Shown: positions 10,685 to 19,381 of the stretch, one piece after another | How the letters are laid out: every line of letters starts with the position of its first letter | Numbering within the stretch: position 1 is the first letter of the stretch | From: an uncultured Chthonomonadaceae bacterium | GTDB taxonomy: Bacteria; Armatimonadota; Chthonomonadetes; Chthonomonadales; Chthonomonadaceae | Assembly: GCA_963817895.1 (NCBI GenBank) | Contig: CAWFQB010000002.1 | Location: forward strand, 640,001 to 704,000 | Length of the DNA stretch: 64,000 bases | Reading direction: 5' to 3' | The notes under the pieces: model-generated | Databases searched by the model: none | Told to the model about the DNA's origin: nothing | Seen by the model: the letters and a program-made list of their open reading frames with translations, nothing else | Translations under genes and position numbers: made by a program

Positions 10685-12044
10685 AACTCTTCTGTATTCT
10701 TTCCACATCGCGCTCTTCGGAACTACGCGAACCGATGCCGCGGACCAGTACCATGCTGCCCTGCGCGGTGGCATACAGGCGCGTGTCGTCGTCAACGGCG
10801 ATCACGCGCACTTCTTGCCCCGACGCATCCAGAAACGGCTCGTTCTGGAAGTTGGCGCGGACGGGATCGTATTGCAGCAGGGAAATCTGCCGCTCGATGC
10901 CTTTCAGTTTCTCGTAGGGCGTTCGCGCCAGATTGGAAAACACGCCGGACGCATAGCCGATGTTGGGATAGCTGCGCCCAAAACGATCACGCAGGAGGGC
11001 TTCCAGATTCTCATAGGCGCGCTCGGATTCGGCGCGTTTGGATTCCAGTTCACTGCCCTTGCTCTGCCACAGCGCCCGAACGCGCTCCAATTCCCGTTCC
11101 GTCTGTTCCTTATCGGCCTGCGCCTGTTGGCGGTCTTCTTCAGACAGTTCGCCGTTCAGTTTGTCCGCCGCCGATTGCGCCTTCAGTTCCCAATCCGTTT
11201 TCTGCTGCGACAGGTTGAATATATGCGCCGTTTGCAGGTCAATCTCCTCCTGCAATAATCGGGCGCGGCGTTGTTCGTCCTGAAATAGCGTTTCGTACTG
11301 CTTGAACGCCTCGCCCTTCACCATCCACGTATCCAGATCGCGTTTCAGCGCGGACGGCGACCAGTCGCGTTTTTCGCTTTTGGCCCGCTGTTCGGCCTCG
11401 GTTTTGATACGGCGAATCTCATCATCGGTTAGATGCTGATTGCTGCGTTTGGCTTCTAGAATGGCGCGGGCGGCATTCATCAGGCCATACGTCGCGCCGT
11501 ACACGACCGGAATAATGGCAAGCCCGCCGAACACCGGCACGAACAGTTTCACGCCCGCCGACATCAGTTGCAGCGCGAGGAAACTGCCGCCCAGAACCGC
11601 CAGAATGGATTTGTAGAGGTCGTTAGCGCCGCTCTTGTCCAGCGGCTGCCCCATCACCTGACTCATGGCGTACACACCCGCCACCTGAACAGGCGTCAAA
11701 ATCACCAAATCGGCCAGCGGTATCGGCTGAATAATCAAGACCGCGCACAGCAGCGAAGTGGCGTTGATGATAATAGTCAGTTTATCGCTCTCCGGTATGG
11801 AGGGATCGTCGGCAATCTGTTGCAGCAGGTCGCCCGTTGGCAGGCCCATTGGCGGTTGGTGACTGGTGGCTGGTGGTTGGTGAACGGCGTTGTTGCTTCC
11901 CTTCTCCTCTTCTCCTTTTCTCCTTTTCTCCTCTTCTGTATTTGCCACCGGTCGTGTCAGGGCGGAAATCAGGGACTCGGCTTCCTGCGCCGAGATTTTG
12001 CCGTCTTGCAGCAGTTGCAGCACCCGCATTACGTTATCGTCCAT
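10683..12044 (-). CDS. SHOCT-like + DUF697-like membrane domain + coiled coil + possible RelE/ParE-like C-terminal domain
   Basis: MRVLQLLQDGKISAQEAESLISAL; QPIPLADLVILTPVQVAGVYAMSQVMG and KLFVPVFGG; heptad-rich middle; C-terminus VRVIAVDDDTRLY...VRGIGSRSSEERDVERI. Confidence 0.7.
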   Translation of the reverse strand: MDDNVMRVLQLLQDGKISAQEAESLISALTRPVANTEEEKRRKGEEEKGSNNAVHQPPATSHQPPMGLPTGDLLQQIADDPSIPESDKLTIIINATSLLCAVLIIQPIPLADLVILTPVQVAGVYAMSQVMGQPLDKSGANDLYKSILAVLGGSFLALQLMSAGVKLFVPVFGGLAIIPVVYGATYGLMNAARAILEAKRSNQHLTDDEIRRIKTEAEQRAKSEKRDWSPSALKRDLDTWMVKGEAFKQYETLFQDEQRRARLLQEEIDLQTAHIFNLSQQKTDWELKAQSAADKLNGELSEEDRQQAQADKEQTERELERVRALWQSKGSELESKRAESERAYENLEALLRDRFGRSYPNIGYASGVFSNLARTPYEKLKGIERQISLLQYDPVRANFQNEPFLDASGQEVRVIAVDDDTRLYATAQGSMVLVRGIGSRSSEERDVERIQKS

Positions 12045-12100
12045 AGTGGTTTGTCCTCTGTGTTTAAGAATGAAAACGAGTCGAACGTACTACGGCGCAA

Positions 12101-12796
12101 TTACGAATTGGGGTTCAAAACTCCTTTGTATTCTTTGCCCTGTATCCAGATAGGGTCATGCGTAATGTCAGGGTACTCTACCTCGAAATCGTCGGCAATG
12201 ATATAATCGTCCTCAGCTTGAAACAAAATGGGCAATGGTTTTCCCGGCACGGTTCTTGGTCCGTACCACGCAATGTTCAACTGATCCAGCGCATTACACA
12301 AAGCCATGTAGGTGGGACGCGGCAGCGAACCAACAGCAAAAGGCGGTTTTCGGCCCCATTTCGTAAACAAACTCTGAACCCCTCCGTCTTGTGCCAGCCG
12401 CCTGTCTTTCGCAATCACAATCCTGTCCAACTGCTGCGCTTGCTCGATGGAAACGGGATCATTGACGAACAGTTGGCCGGTGTTTTCAAAAGGCCACAGC
12501 AGCGGGTCATCAAATGAAAAACCCCAGTCTGTAACCAGCGAAACTACTCGCACATGCGCCTGAATCAGGCCAATTGGATAAACGGTAAATACAATTTTGG
12601 CTTCGTCCGGGTAATCAAAGAAAGGCTGCTCCTCGCGTTTGTACAGGGGATGCAGCCAAAACGGATAAAATCGCGCTCTGTAATAGCTGCTCTCCTGCGA
12701 TACAGTCCCATTGGAAACGATTTTGTACCCGGCGGCTTCCGCATCTACATGCCCAAAAAACAAATTCTGCACTTCGCGAAAATTGACGCGCGGCAT
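12101..12796 (-). CDS. Hypothetical protein
   Basis: 231 aa ORF with AAGGA RBS, more AT-rich than the flanks. Confidence 0.65.
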   Translation of the reverse strand: MPRVNFREVQNLFFGHVDAEAAGYKIVSNGTVSQESSYYRARFYPFWLHPLYKREEQPFFDYPDEAKIVFTVYPIGLIQAHVRVVSLVTDWGFSFDDPLLWPFENTGQLFVNDPVSIEQAQQLDRIVIAKDRRLAQDGGVQSLFTKWGRKPPFAVGSLPRPTYMALCNALDQLNIAWYGPRTVPGKPLPILFQAEDDYIIADDFEVEYPDITHDPIWIQGKEYKGVLNPNS

Positions 12797-12813
12797 CAGC
12801 GTTTTCCTTTGGA

Positions 12814-13122
12814 TTATGTCTGTTGGTTACGATACCAGATGGTGTACACTGCCAACAGTTTATCTGCTGCTGCTTCACAATCTGTATGGCTGTGTGTCAT
12901 TCCCATTTGTCTGTTTTCGATTTCGCGCAGATGCGCTGCGAGACTTTCCCGCGTTGCGCCGGAAACAAGCAGCGAACAGATAGGCGGCGCGTAGCTGTCG
13001 TACTCGTCCATCGCGGCAGGATAGCCAAAAATACCAATCGGGTCCCAATCTACCAGCAGTATCAGACGTATGAAACCTTCCAGAGAAGCGAATTCCTTCC
13101 ACACTACTTTTACCTTGCGCAT
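12814..13122 (-). CDS. Small helical protein, DUF1871-like
   Basis: WDPIGI....DEYDSY motif. Confidence 0.65.
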   Translation of the reverse strand: MRKVKVVWKEFASLEGFIRLILLVDWDPIGIFGYPAAMDEYDSYAPPICSLLVSGATRESLAAHLREIENRQMGMTHSHTDCEAAADKLLAVYTIWYRNQQT

Positions 13123-13204
13123 GGTTCTGTATATAATGACCCCAAGAATTCGGACAGTGGTTTAAGGTGGTGGCTGTGTCACAATAAACACAGGAGAACC
13201 CACT

Positions 13205-13495
13205 ATGTCTACCATCCGTAAACGCTATTCTGCCGAGTTCAAAGCAAAACTGGCTTTGGAAGTGGTCAAAGGCAACCACACTCTTGCCGAGATTGCCAGT
13301 GACGCGCAAGTGCATCCCAATCTGCTGATGCAGTGGAAAAAGCAACTGCTCGACAGTTTGCCTACGGTCTTTGCCGATAAGCGCGTCAAAGACACCAAAG
13401 ACCAGGAAGAGAAAGAAGCCCAACTTTACCAGCAGATCGGCCAACTCAAGGTTGAACTGGACTGGCTCAAAAAAAAATCAGGTCGCCTCGGTTGA
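13205..13495 (+). CDS. IS3 transposase OrfA (HTH)
   Basis: RKRYSAEFKAKLALE...LYQQIGQLKVELDWLKKK; AGGAG RBS. Confidence 0.93.
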   Translation: MSTIRKRYSAEFKAKLALEVVKGNHTLAEIASDAQVHPNLLMQWKKQLLDSLPTVFADKRVKDTKDQEEKEAQLYQQIGQLKVELDWLKKKSGRLG

Positions 13496-14324
13496 GACGC
13501 TGCGGCAGCGCGTGGAAGTCGGGCATCCGCATCTGAGCATTGGGCGTCAATGTGAACTGCTCGGTCTGTCGCGTTCCGGCTACTACTACCAGCCAACAGG
13601 TGAAAACGCGTTCAATCTGCTTCTCATGCAGCTCATAGATAAGGAGTATACCAAGCATCCATTCTTCGGCTACCGGAAGATGGTTCATGTCTTGCGCGAA
13701 GACGGGCATCTTGTCAACAAGAAGCGGATTGCCCGCTTGATGCAGGTTATGGGATTGCAGGCCATGGTTCCCGGCCCGAATACGAGCCGCCCGCATCCTG
13801 AAAATCCCATCTACCCGTACCTTTTGCGCGGCGTCAAGATAAACGCAGTCAATCAGGTGTGGAGTTGCGACATCACCTATATTCCCTTAGAGAAAGGATT
13901 TGTCTACCTGTTTGCCATTATCGATTGGTACAGTCGCTTCGTTCTGACGTGGCAATTGTCCAACACGCTCGACACGGCTTTTTGCTGCGAAGGACTGGAT
14001 CAGGCTCTGGGAAGCGGTAAGCCCATGATCTTCAATTCGGATCAGGGCGTCCAATTTACCAGCAAGGAGTTCACGGGTCGCTTGCTATCCGCCGACATTA
14101 CCATCAGCATGGATGGACGAGGCCGGGCGCTGGACAACATCTTCGTGGAACGCTTGTGGCGAACGGTCAAATACGAAGACGTGTATCTCAAAGGCTACGA
14201 AACGCCAAAAGCCGTGTACAACGGATTGCACAGCTACTTCCAGTTCTATAATGAAGCGCGTCCGCACCAAGCGCTGGCCTACAAAACACCAGCCCAAGTG
14301 TATCAACAAGCGCTCGGTTGCTAG
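13469..14324 (+). CDS. IS3 transposase OrfB (DDE integrase core), joined to OrfA at the A9 run
   Basis: WSCDITY, FNSDQG, DNIFVERLWRTVKYE, YNEARPHQAL. Confidence 0.93.
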
Positions 14325-14409
14325 AGCAAAACAACCGATGCGGCGACCACCTTAAACATGACGAAAATTTGTCTTGACAAAGGGGGTCACTATAGTATTC
14401 CGGTAAACG

Positions 14410-14967
14410 TCAGTTGTAAAAGAGCGGGTCGGTAGTCGCGTAGCAGGCGAACATGATGGCGACATACTTTTGAAATACGTTGCGGTCGAAAACGTGTTTG
14501 CTGGCGTAGTTTCCGTTTGTTTCGATGCTGTGCAGCAGGTCCTCAAATATCACAGTTGTCAGCCTAATCGCGCTCATGGCGACGGCTGTAGGCGTGGTTA
14601 CGGGCGGCAACAGTTCATAACAGTACATCAGGGCAGGCTCGTTTTCGCCCGCTTCCTGATTGGCAATGGATTGGAACACGTTTACCTTCATGAACGCATC
14701 CAGACGGCAGCGGGGATGCCCTGTTACCAGTAAAATTCGCGCGATTTTACTGAATTCCTCAATGTCTAATGGCCGGTCAAGCACATTCAGAGCGTATATG
14801 TCGGCGCGTAGTTCACGACAGCGACGGCGCATATTGGCGCGGGCGTCGTTGATAATCTCCTGCATCTCCTCGCGTATAGGATCATCGGCGGGAAACAGAT
14901 CGAATGTCTCAAACGTCGTACGAATGACAGCGCAATCGTTGAGCATATCCTCCAGATTGTAATTCAT
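14410..14967 (-). CDS. Hypothetical protein
   Basis: 185 aa; ATG overlaps the upstream stop (TAATG). Confidence 0.65.
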   Translation of the reverse strand: MNYNLEDMLNDCAVIRTTFETFDLFPADDPIREEMQEIINDARANMRRRCRELRADIYALNVLDRPLDIEEFSKIARILLVTGHPRCRLDAFMKVNVFQSIANQEAGENEPALMYCYELLPPVTTPTAVAMSAIRLTTVIFEDLLHSIETNGNYASKHVFDRNVFQKYVAIMFACYATTDPLFYN

Positions 14968-15251
14968 TATTCTGGTTCCTGCGCGGCTATTTCCTGCGCC
15001 ATTCGCCTGCAAACCTCAATTTCAATCACGAACAGTTCCTCTACAATGATTTTCTCATCCGCACCCTTTTGTCTCATTTGATGCGGAACACTACAATTAA
15101 CGGCTACTTTCCAGCCACGTTGCTTTTTCACTTTATCACGCAATTCAACACCAAACAGAGAACGTGGTTGCGCCTCAAAAAATTGCAGTCCGGCATAAAA
15201 AGCGTAAATCCACGTTTGCGCTGTAGTGCTGTTCACGTACCCAATATACAT
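14967..15251 (-). CDS. Small hypothetical protein; start uncertain
   Basis: Frame stays open upstream (LDKIIEYFENVSKSPAMYIG) toward the palindromic element. Confidence 0.55.
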   Translation of the reverse strand: MYIGYVNSTTAQTWIYAFYAGLQFFEAQPRSLFGVELRDKVKKQRGWKVAVNCSVPHQMRQKGADEKIIVEELFVIEIEVCRRMAQEIAAQEPE

Positions 15252-15331
15252 CGCCGGAGATTTGGAAACGTTTTCAAAATACTCGATGATTTTGTCTAGA
15301 TGTTCGCAATTCTTGCGGCAGTCTCCTGTCA

Positions 15332-15456
15332 GCGCCTGCGCATCTTGTCTTGAACCATGATTTATGTGATTTTGATGATTACATGATTGGCCCGGTCTTC
15401 ATCATGGTAATCCTTTAATCCTGTAAATCATGGTTCAAGACAAGATGCGCAGGCGC
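15332..15456. repeat. Palindromic hairpin element, copy 2, overlapping the cinA 3' end
   Basis: Perfect 33-bp inverted arms 15332-15364 / 15424-15456. Confidence 0.9.
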
Positions 15457-16682
15457 AGCATATTGAGGGCGGTTTGGGCGGAACGGGTGCGGACGATCTG
15501 CCGGGAACCGATGAAGTTGCACTTTTCCACGTCGCAGCCGTCCGGGTACGCGACCCCGATGTAGACCAACCCAACCGGCTTTTCGGGAGTGCCGCCATCC
15601 GGGCCGGCAACGCCCGTGATGCCGATGCCATACGTTGTGCCGAACCGCTTCCGCGCCCCTTCTGCAAGAGCCTGCGCCACTTCCGGGCTGACGGCTCCCA
15701 CGCGGGCAATCGTTTCGGCAGGCACGCCAACCAAATCCGTCTTTGCCTCGTTGCTGTACGCGACCACGCCGCCAATAAAAACTTTTGAACTGCCCGCCAC
15801 ATCGGTTATGCGCTGCGCCACCATGCCGCCCGTGCAGCTTTCCGCAGTGGCTACCGTGTGTTTGCTGTCGCACAGCAGGGTTACGACGGCTTTTTCTATC
15901 GGGTCGTCGTTTTCGCCATAAATCACGTTTCCCAATCGTGACCGCACCTGTTGCGCCCGTTCCACAATCATCCTATCCGCTTCGGCTTCGCTGTCCGCCC
16001 GCGCCGTCACGCGCAAATGAACCTCGCCCACTTTGGCGTATGGCGCGACAGTCGGGTTGGCGTCCAGCATCAGGTCTTTGATTTTGTCCTCGACCATGCT
16101 TTCGCCCATACCCGCAACCCTCAAGGTGAGTGAGCGAATCGTGCCGACATTACCCGTTTTTTCGCGCAAGTAGGGCATGACGATGTTATCCACGAGGGGA
16201 ATAAACTCGTTGGGCGGGCCGGGAAGGGCAATGCCGATTCGGTCCACGCCCCCAATTTTGTTCTCGAACAGCAGGCCGGGGGCCGTGCCGTTTGGATTGT
16301 CCAGAGCGCGACCGTTGACCGGGGCCATCGCCTGCCGCAGATTGCTTTCCAGCAGGGGCGTGTTGCGCAACGCGAAGAAATCCCGCAGTTTTTGCGCGAT
16401 AGCCTCGTCCATTTGCAGCGGATCGCCGAACGCTTCCGCCAAGCCGTCGCGCGTAATGTCGTCCATTGTCGGCCCAAGCCCGCCAATGGTAATCACGATT
16501 TCGGATTCGCTTAAAGCCTGCCGTAGCGCGGCCAGCAAACGCTCGTGATTATCCCCCACCGTTTGCCGCCGGTACACGCCGATCCCAACTGAGGACAGCG
16601 CCTTCGCCACATACGCCGCGTTGGTATCCACGATCTGGCCCAGCAGCAATTCTGTTCCCACCGATACGATTTCCGCCCGCAT
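15435..16682 (-). CDS. cinA: Competence/damage-inducible protein CinA (MocF-like + NMN deamidase)
   Basis: MRAEIVSVGTELLLGQIVDTN, GGLGPTMDDIT, TAESCTGG, GITGVAGPDGG; GAGGAGG RBS. Confidence 0.97.
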   Translation of the reverse strand: MRAEIVSVGTELLLGQIVDTNAAYVAKALSSVGIGVYRRQTVGDNHERLLAALRQALSESEIVITIGGLGPTMDDITRDGLAEAFGDPLQMDEAIAQKLRDFFALRNTPLLESNLRQAMAPVNGRALDNPNGTAPGLLFENKIGGVDRIGIALPGPPNEFIPLVDNIVMPYLREKTGNVGTIRSLTLRVAGMGESMVEDKIKDLMLDANPTVAPYAKVGEVHLRVTARADSEAEADRMIVERAQQVRSRLGNVIYGENDDPIEKAVVTLLCDSKHTVATAESCTGGMVAQRITDVAGSSKVFIGGVVAYSNEAKTDLVGVPAETIARVGAVSPEVAQALAEGARKRFGTTYGIGITGVAGPDGGTPEKPVGLVYIGVAYPDGCDVEKCNFIGSRQIVRTRSAQTALNMLRLRILS

Positions 16683-16767
16683 AAGCCCCTCCTCTATTTC
16701 CCGTATAGTATTTGTTCCTATTTGTAGTGCGCCCATTATACGCGCCCGGTGAAGAGATTGCAAGGGG

Positions 16768-16834
16768 AGGTAGATAGGTAGATGGTAGATGGGTAGGGAT
16801 GTCTGTCTACCTATCTACCTATCTACCTATCTAC
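16768..16834. repeat. Convergent octamer repeat pair (GGTAGATA / TATCTACC)
   Basis: Read directly, between divergent genes. Confidence 0.85.
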
Positions 16835-17171
16835 TTCCTCACAAATGTGAACACGATAGCGCTTTCATTCGTCTTACGCTTATGCGTGACACTCCGGCAC
16901 AGGAGAGACAGAGTGACAGCGCGTGTCAGTTCAGGAAACACAACGCGCCCCTTCGTCCATTTTTTCGGCGAATTCAGAAAAATTTCAAAGAGAAGCAGGA
17001 TAGCAACGAATGGATGGCGAATACGTATTGTGAATGTCTGCTTGCATACGCGCGACAACAGCCAGGCGAACAGGGAATGTTGGTACGGTCTGACTGCAAA
17101 ACACAGGCTTTGATCCCATTGGGTGAGCGCAATCGGATGAATCCAGGGGGTTGGAGAAACGTCGTTCGGCA

Positions 17172-18362
17172 ATGATGCACAGCAGAGCGGAAGGGGGTTC
17201 CTTCATGGTTCCAACCGCCTCGGTAGCTTTGCTTGACAACCACGCAGGGGAAGAAGACGCTATGGATATGCCCGGTTACCCATCCGGCGAACATGCGCCG
17301 CGACGACGGCGCGCAGGTGGCGGACGCAAACGTAAGACGGATACTGCCTCGTTGGTTCCGGCGAGTGTTGGCGGAAGTTCCGCCGACCTTGACACGTCGC
17401 AGGTGCGGCGTCTGCTGGAAGATTTTGTGTCCGAAGACGAGGAGCCTGCCGATCTCGAACGAGCGGATGATATGTCTCCGATAGAACAGCGGATGCGGGC
17501 GCGTTCGGGACATCCCGGCGTTACGTCCGTTCCCGATGACATCCATTCGTCTATTTTGCAGCCCGGTGGCAAAACCGCCCTGCTGACGCCCTGCCAGGAA
17601 ATTATTCTTGCGCGTCGCATCGAACATGGCGACCATCTGGCGAAAGATGCCCTTGTCAACAGCAATCTGCGATTGGTCACGTCCATAGCGCAGCGCTACC
17701 AGGGGCGCGGTCTGGCGATGGAAGATTTAATGCAGGAGGGCGTTATCGGCCTGATACGCGCCGCCGAAAAGTTCAACTGGCGGCGCGGCTTCCGCTTCAG
17801 CACGTATGCTACGCACTGGATTCGGCAGACGATTATGCGCGCCATTGCCAATTCGGGGCGCAGCATCCGCCTGCCCGCGTATGTCGTGGATACCATCGGA
17901 CGCTTAACGCGCATCCGGGGCGAACTGGAAAACACATTGGGACGCGCCCCCTCCCGCGCGGAACTGGCGCAGGCGGCGGGGATGCAGGAAGACCAGCTTA
18001 TCGAACTGCTGCAAAGCATGGTGGAACCGGCTTCGCTGGATATGCCGCTTGGCGAAGACGGCGAACGCAGTTTGGCGGAAGTGATCCCCGCCGAGGAGAA
18101 CCAGAGTCCATCCGCCCGCGTGTTCCGCCATGCCGTACAGGAAGAGGTAGCCCGCGCCCTGAAAAGCCTGACTCCCCGCGAACAGGAGGTTCTGCGCCTG
18201 CGCTTCGGCCTCAACGGTTACGAGCCGCACACATTAGAGCAGATCGGCAAAGAACTGCACATGACGCGGGAACGCGCCCGACAGTTGGAACTACAGGCGC
18301 TGGAAAAATTGCGCGGCAACCGGGCCGGCGCGCGCTTAAAGGAAACACTGTCAAGCGAGTAG
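17172..18362 (+). CDS. RNA polymerase sigma-70 factor, RpoD/RpoS-like group; start uncertain
   Basis: [50 protein letters not shown]. Confidence 0.93.
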   Translation: MMHSRAEGGSFMVPTASVALLDNHAGEEDAMDMPGYPSGEHAPRRRRAGGGRKRKTDTASLVPASVGGSSADLDTSQVRRLLEDFVSEDEEPADLERADDMSPIEQRMRARSGHPGVTSVPDDIHSSILQPGGKTALLTPCQEIILARRIEHGDHLAKDALVNSNLRLVTSIAQRYQGRGLAMEDLMQEGVIGLIRAAEKFNWRRGFRFSTYATHWIRQTIMRAIANSGRSIRLPAYVVDTIGRLTRIRGELENTLGRAPSRAELAQAAGMQEDQLIELLQSMVEPASLDMPLGEDGERSLAEVIPAEENQSPSARVFRHAVQEEVARALKSLTPREQEVLRLRFGLNGYEPHTLEQIGKELHMTRERARQLELQALEKLRGNRAGARLKETLSSE

Positions 18363-18401
18363 CCCTCGATGGGCGCTAAATTAGAAGGCAGATAAAGAAG
18401 C

Positions 18402-18437
18402 AACAGGGACGAGCGACGAAACGCTTTGTCCCTGTTT
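18402..18437 (+). terminator. Putative intrinsic terminator
   Basis: AACAGGGAC...GTCCCTGTTT. Confidence 0.6.
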
Positions 18438-18446
18438 CCATTCTGC

Positions 18447-18475
18447 TTGTCAAACCCAACAGCCTTTGCTATAAT
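18447..18475 (+). promoter_or_regulatory. Sigma-70 promoter of the TA operon
   Basis: TTGTCA, 17 bp spacer, TATAAT with TGn extension. Confidence 0.7.
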
Positions 18476-18549
18476 ACATTTATCAACTCGAAAATAAGAA
18501 GCGACTGCAACGGGACATGACCGCTATCTTAAATGTGAGGAGGAATATA

Positions 18550-18810
18550 ATGACCACACTGGAACTAGAAAAACGATTAACGGCTCTTGAAGCCGAAGTT
18601 GTTTCGTTAAAGCAACAGACAACCACGAATAAACCTACAGCAGTATTGCCTTCCTCAGTTCCATGGTGGCAGGAAATATCCGGCGCGTTCAAAGATGATC
18701 CTATTTTCGATGAAGCCATGCGCTTAGGCCGTGAATGGCGGATGTCTCAGCGCGAGGACTACGACAAAGAAGAAAACATCGAACAGGATGACACACATGG
18801 TTCTGCTTGA
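18550..18810 (+). CDS. Putative antitoxin of a VapC toxin
   Basis: LEKRLTALEAEV..PWWQEISGAFKDDPIFDEAMRLGREWR; overlaps the PIN gene. Confidence 0.8.
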   Translation: MTTLELEKRLTALEAEVVSLKQQTTTNKPTAVLPSSVPWWQEISGAFKDDPIFDEAMRLGREWRMSQREDYDKEENIEQDDTHGSA

Positions 18811-19219
18811 TACCGACTTGATGAGTCTTCTGGAACGCGAAGGCACAGAAGCGCAACGGTTGCGGATGCGATTGGCAATCGTTCCACTAGACGATCTCGC
18901 TACAACAATCATCAGTTACGAGGAACAGACACGAGGCTGGCTATCCTACATGGCACAAGCGCGCACAGAAGAAGCGCGGATAGAAGCCTACGTTCGTATG
19001 CAAAATCATTTGCGCCTGTATTGTAAAATACCCATCGTTGCCTACGATGCGCGGGCGGCACCCGAGTATGAGCGGCTGCGACAGGCGAAAATTCGTATCG
19101 GCACAATGGACTTGAAAATTGCCGCAATTGCTCTTGCCAATAACGCTTTATTGCTGACGCGCAATGTGTCCCACTTCTCCAAAGTGCCAAATCTACGCTT
19201 TGAAGATGGAACCGCCTGA
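18797..19219 (+). CDS. vapC: VapC-family PIN-domain toxin
   Basis: LLDTD, IGTMDLKIAAIAL, LLTRN..HF..VPNL. Confidence 0.92.
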   Translation: MVLLDTDLMSLLEREGTEAQRLRMRLAIVPLDDLATTIISYEEQTRGWLSYMAQARTEEARIEAYVRMQNHLRLYCKIPIVAYDARAAPEYERLRQAKIRIGTMDLKIAAIALANNALLLTRNVSHFSKVPNLRFEDGTA

Positions 19220-19381
19220 CTCGGCTTAAGGACACAGACAGGAGAGTGGAGAAATACAGGGCAAAGCAACGCAGGCCATTGCTTTGCCCCGAAAACATTT
19301 GGGTTCCACTTTTATCAAGGATTTGTATTCTCTTTTCGTGTATTCCGCGTGTTTCGCGGTTCACTCTCAGGAGGTTATTCA

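Larger units (their letters stand above)
13132..14394 (+). mobile_element. IS3-family insertion sequence, 1263 bp, 3-bp target duplication GTA
   Basis: IRL TATAATGACCCC..GGACA / IRR TGTC..GGGGTCACTATA; GTA at 13129-13131 and 14395-14397; orfA/orfB. Confidence 0.95.

Noticed and set aside
16683..16740. SOS box upstream of cinA or recA
   Set aside because: No convincing shared motif between the two upstream regions.
16855..16870. LacI/cre-like site GATAGCGCTTTCA
   Set aside because: Single imperfect dyad with no cognate regulator nearby.
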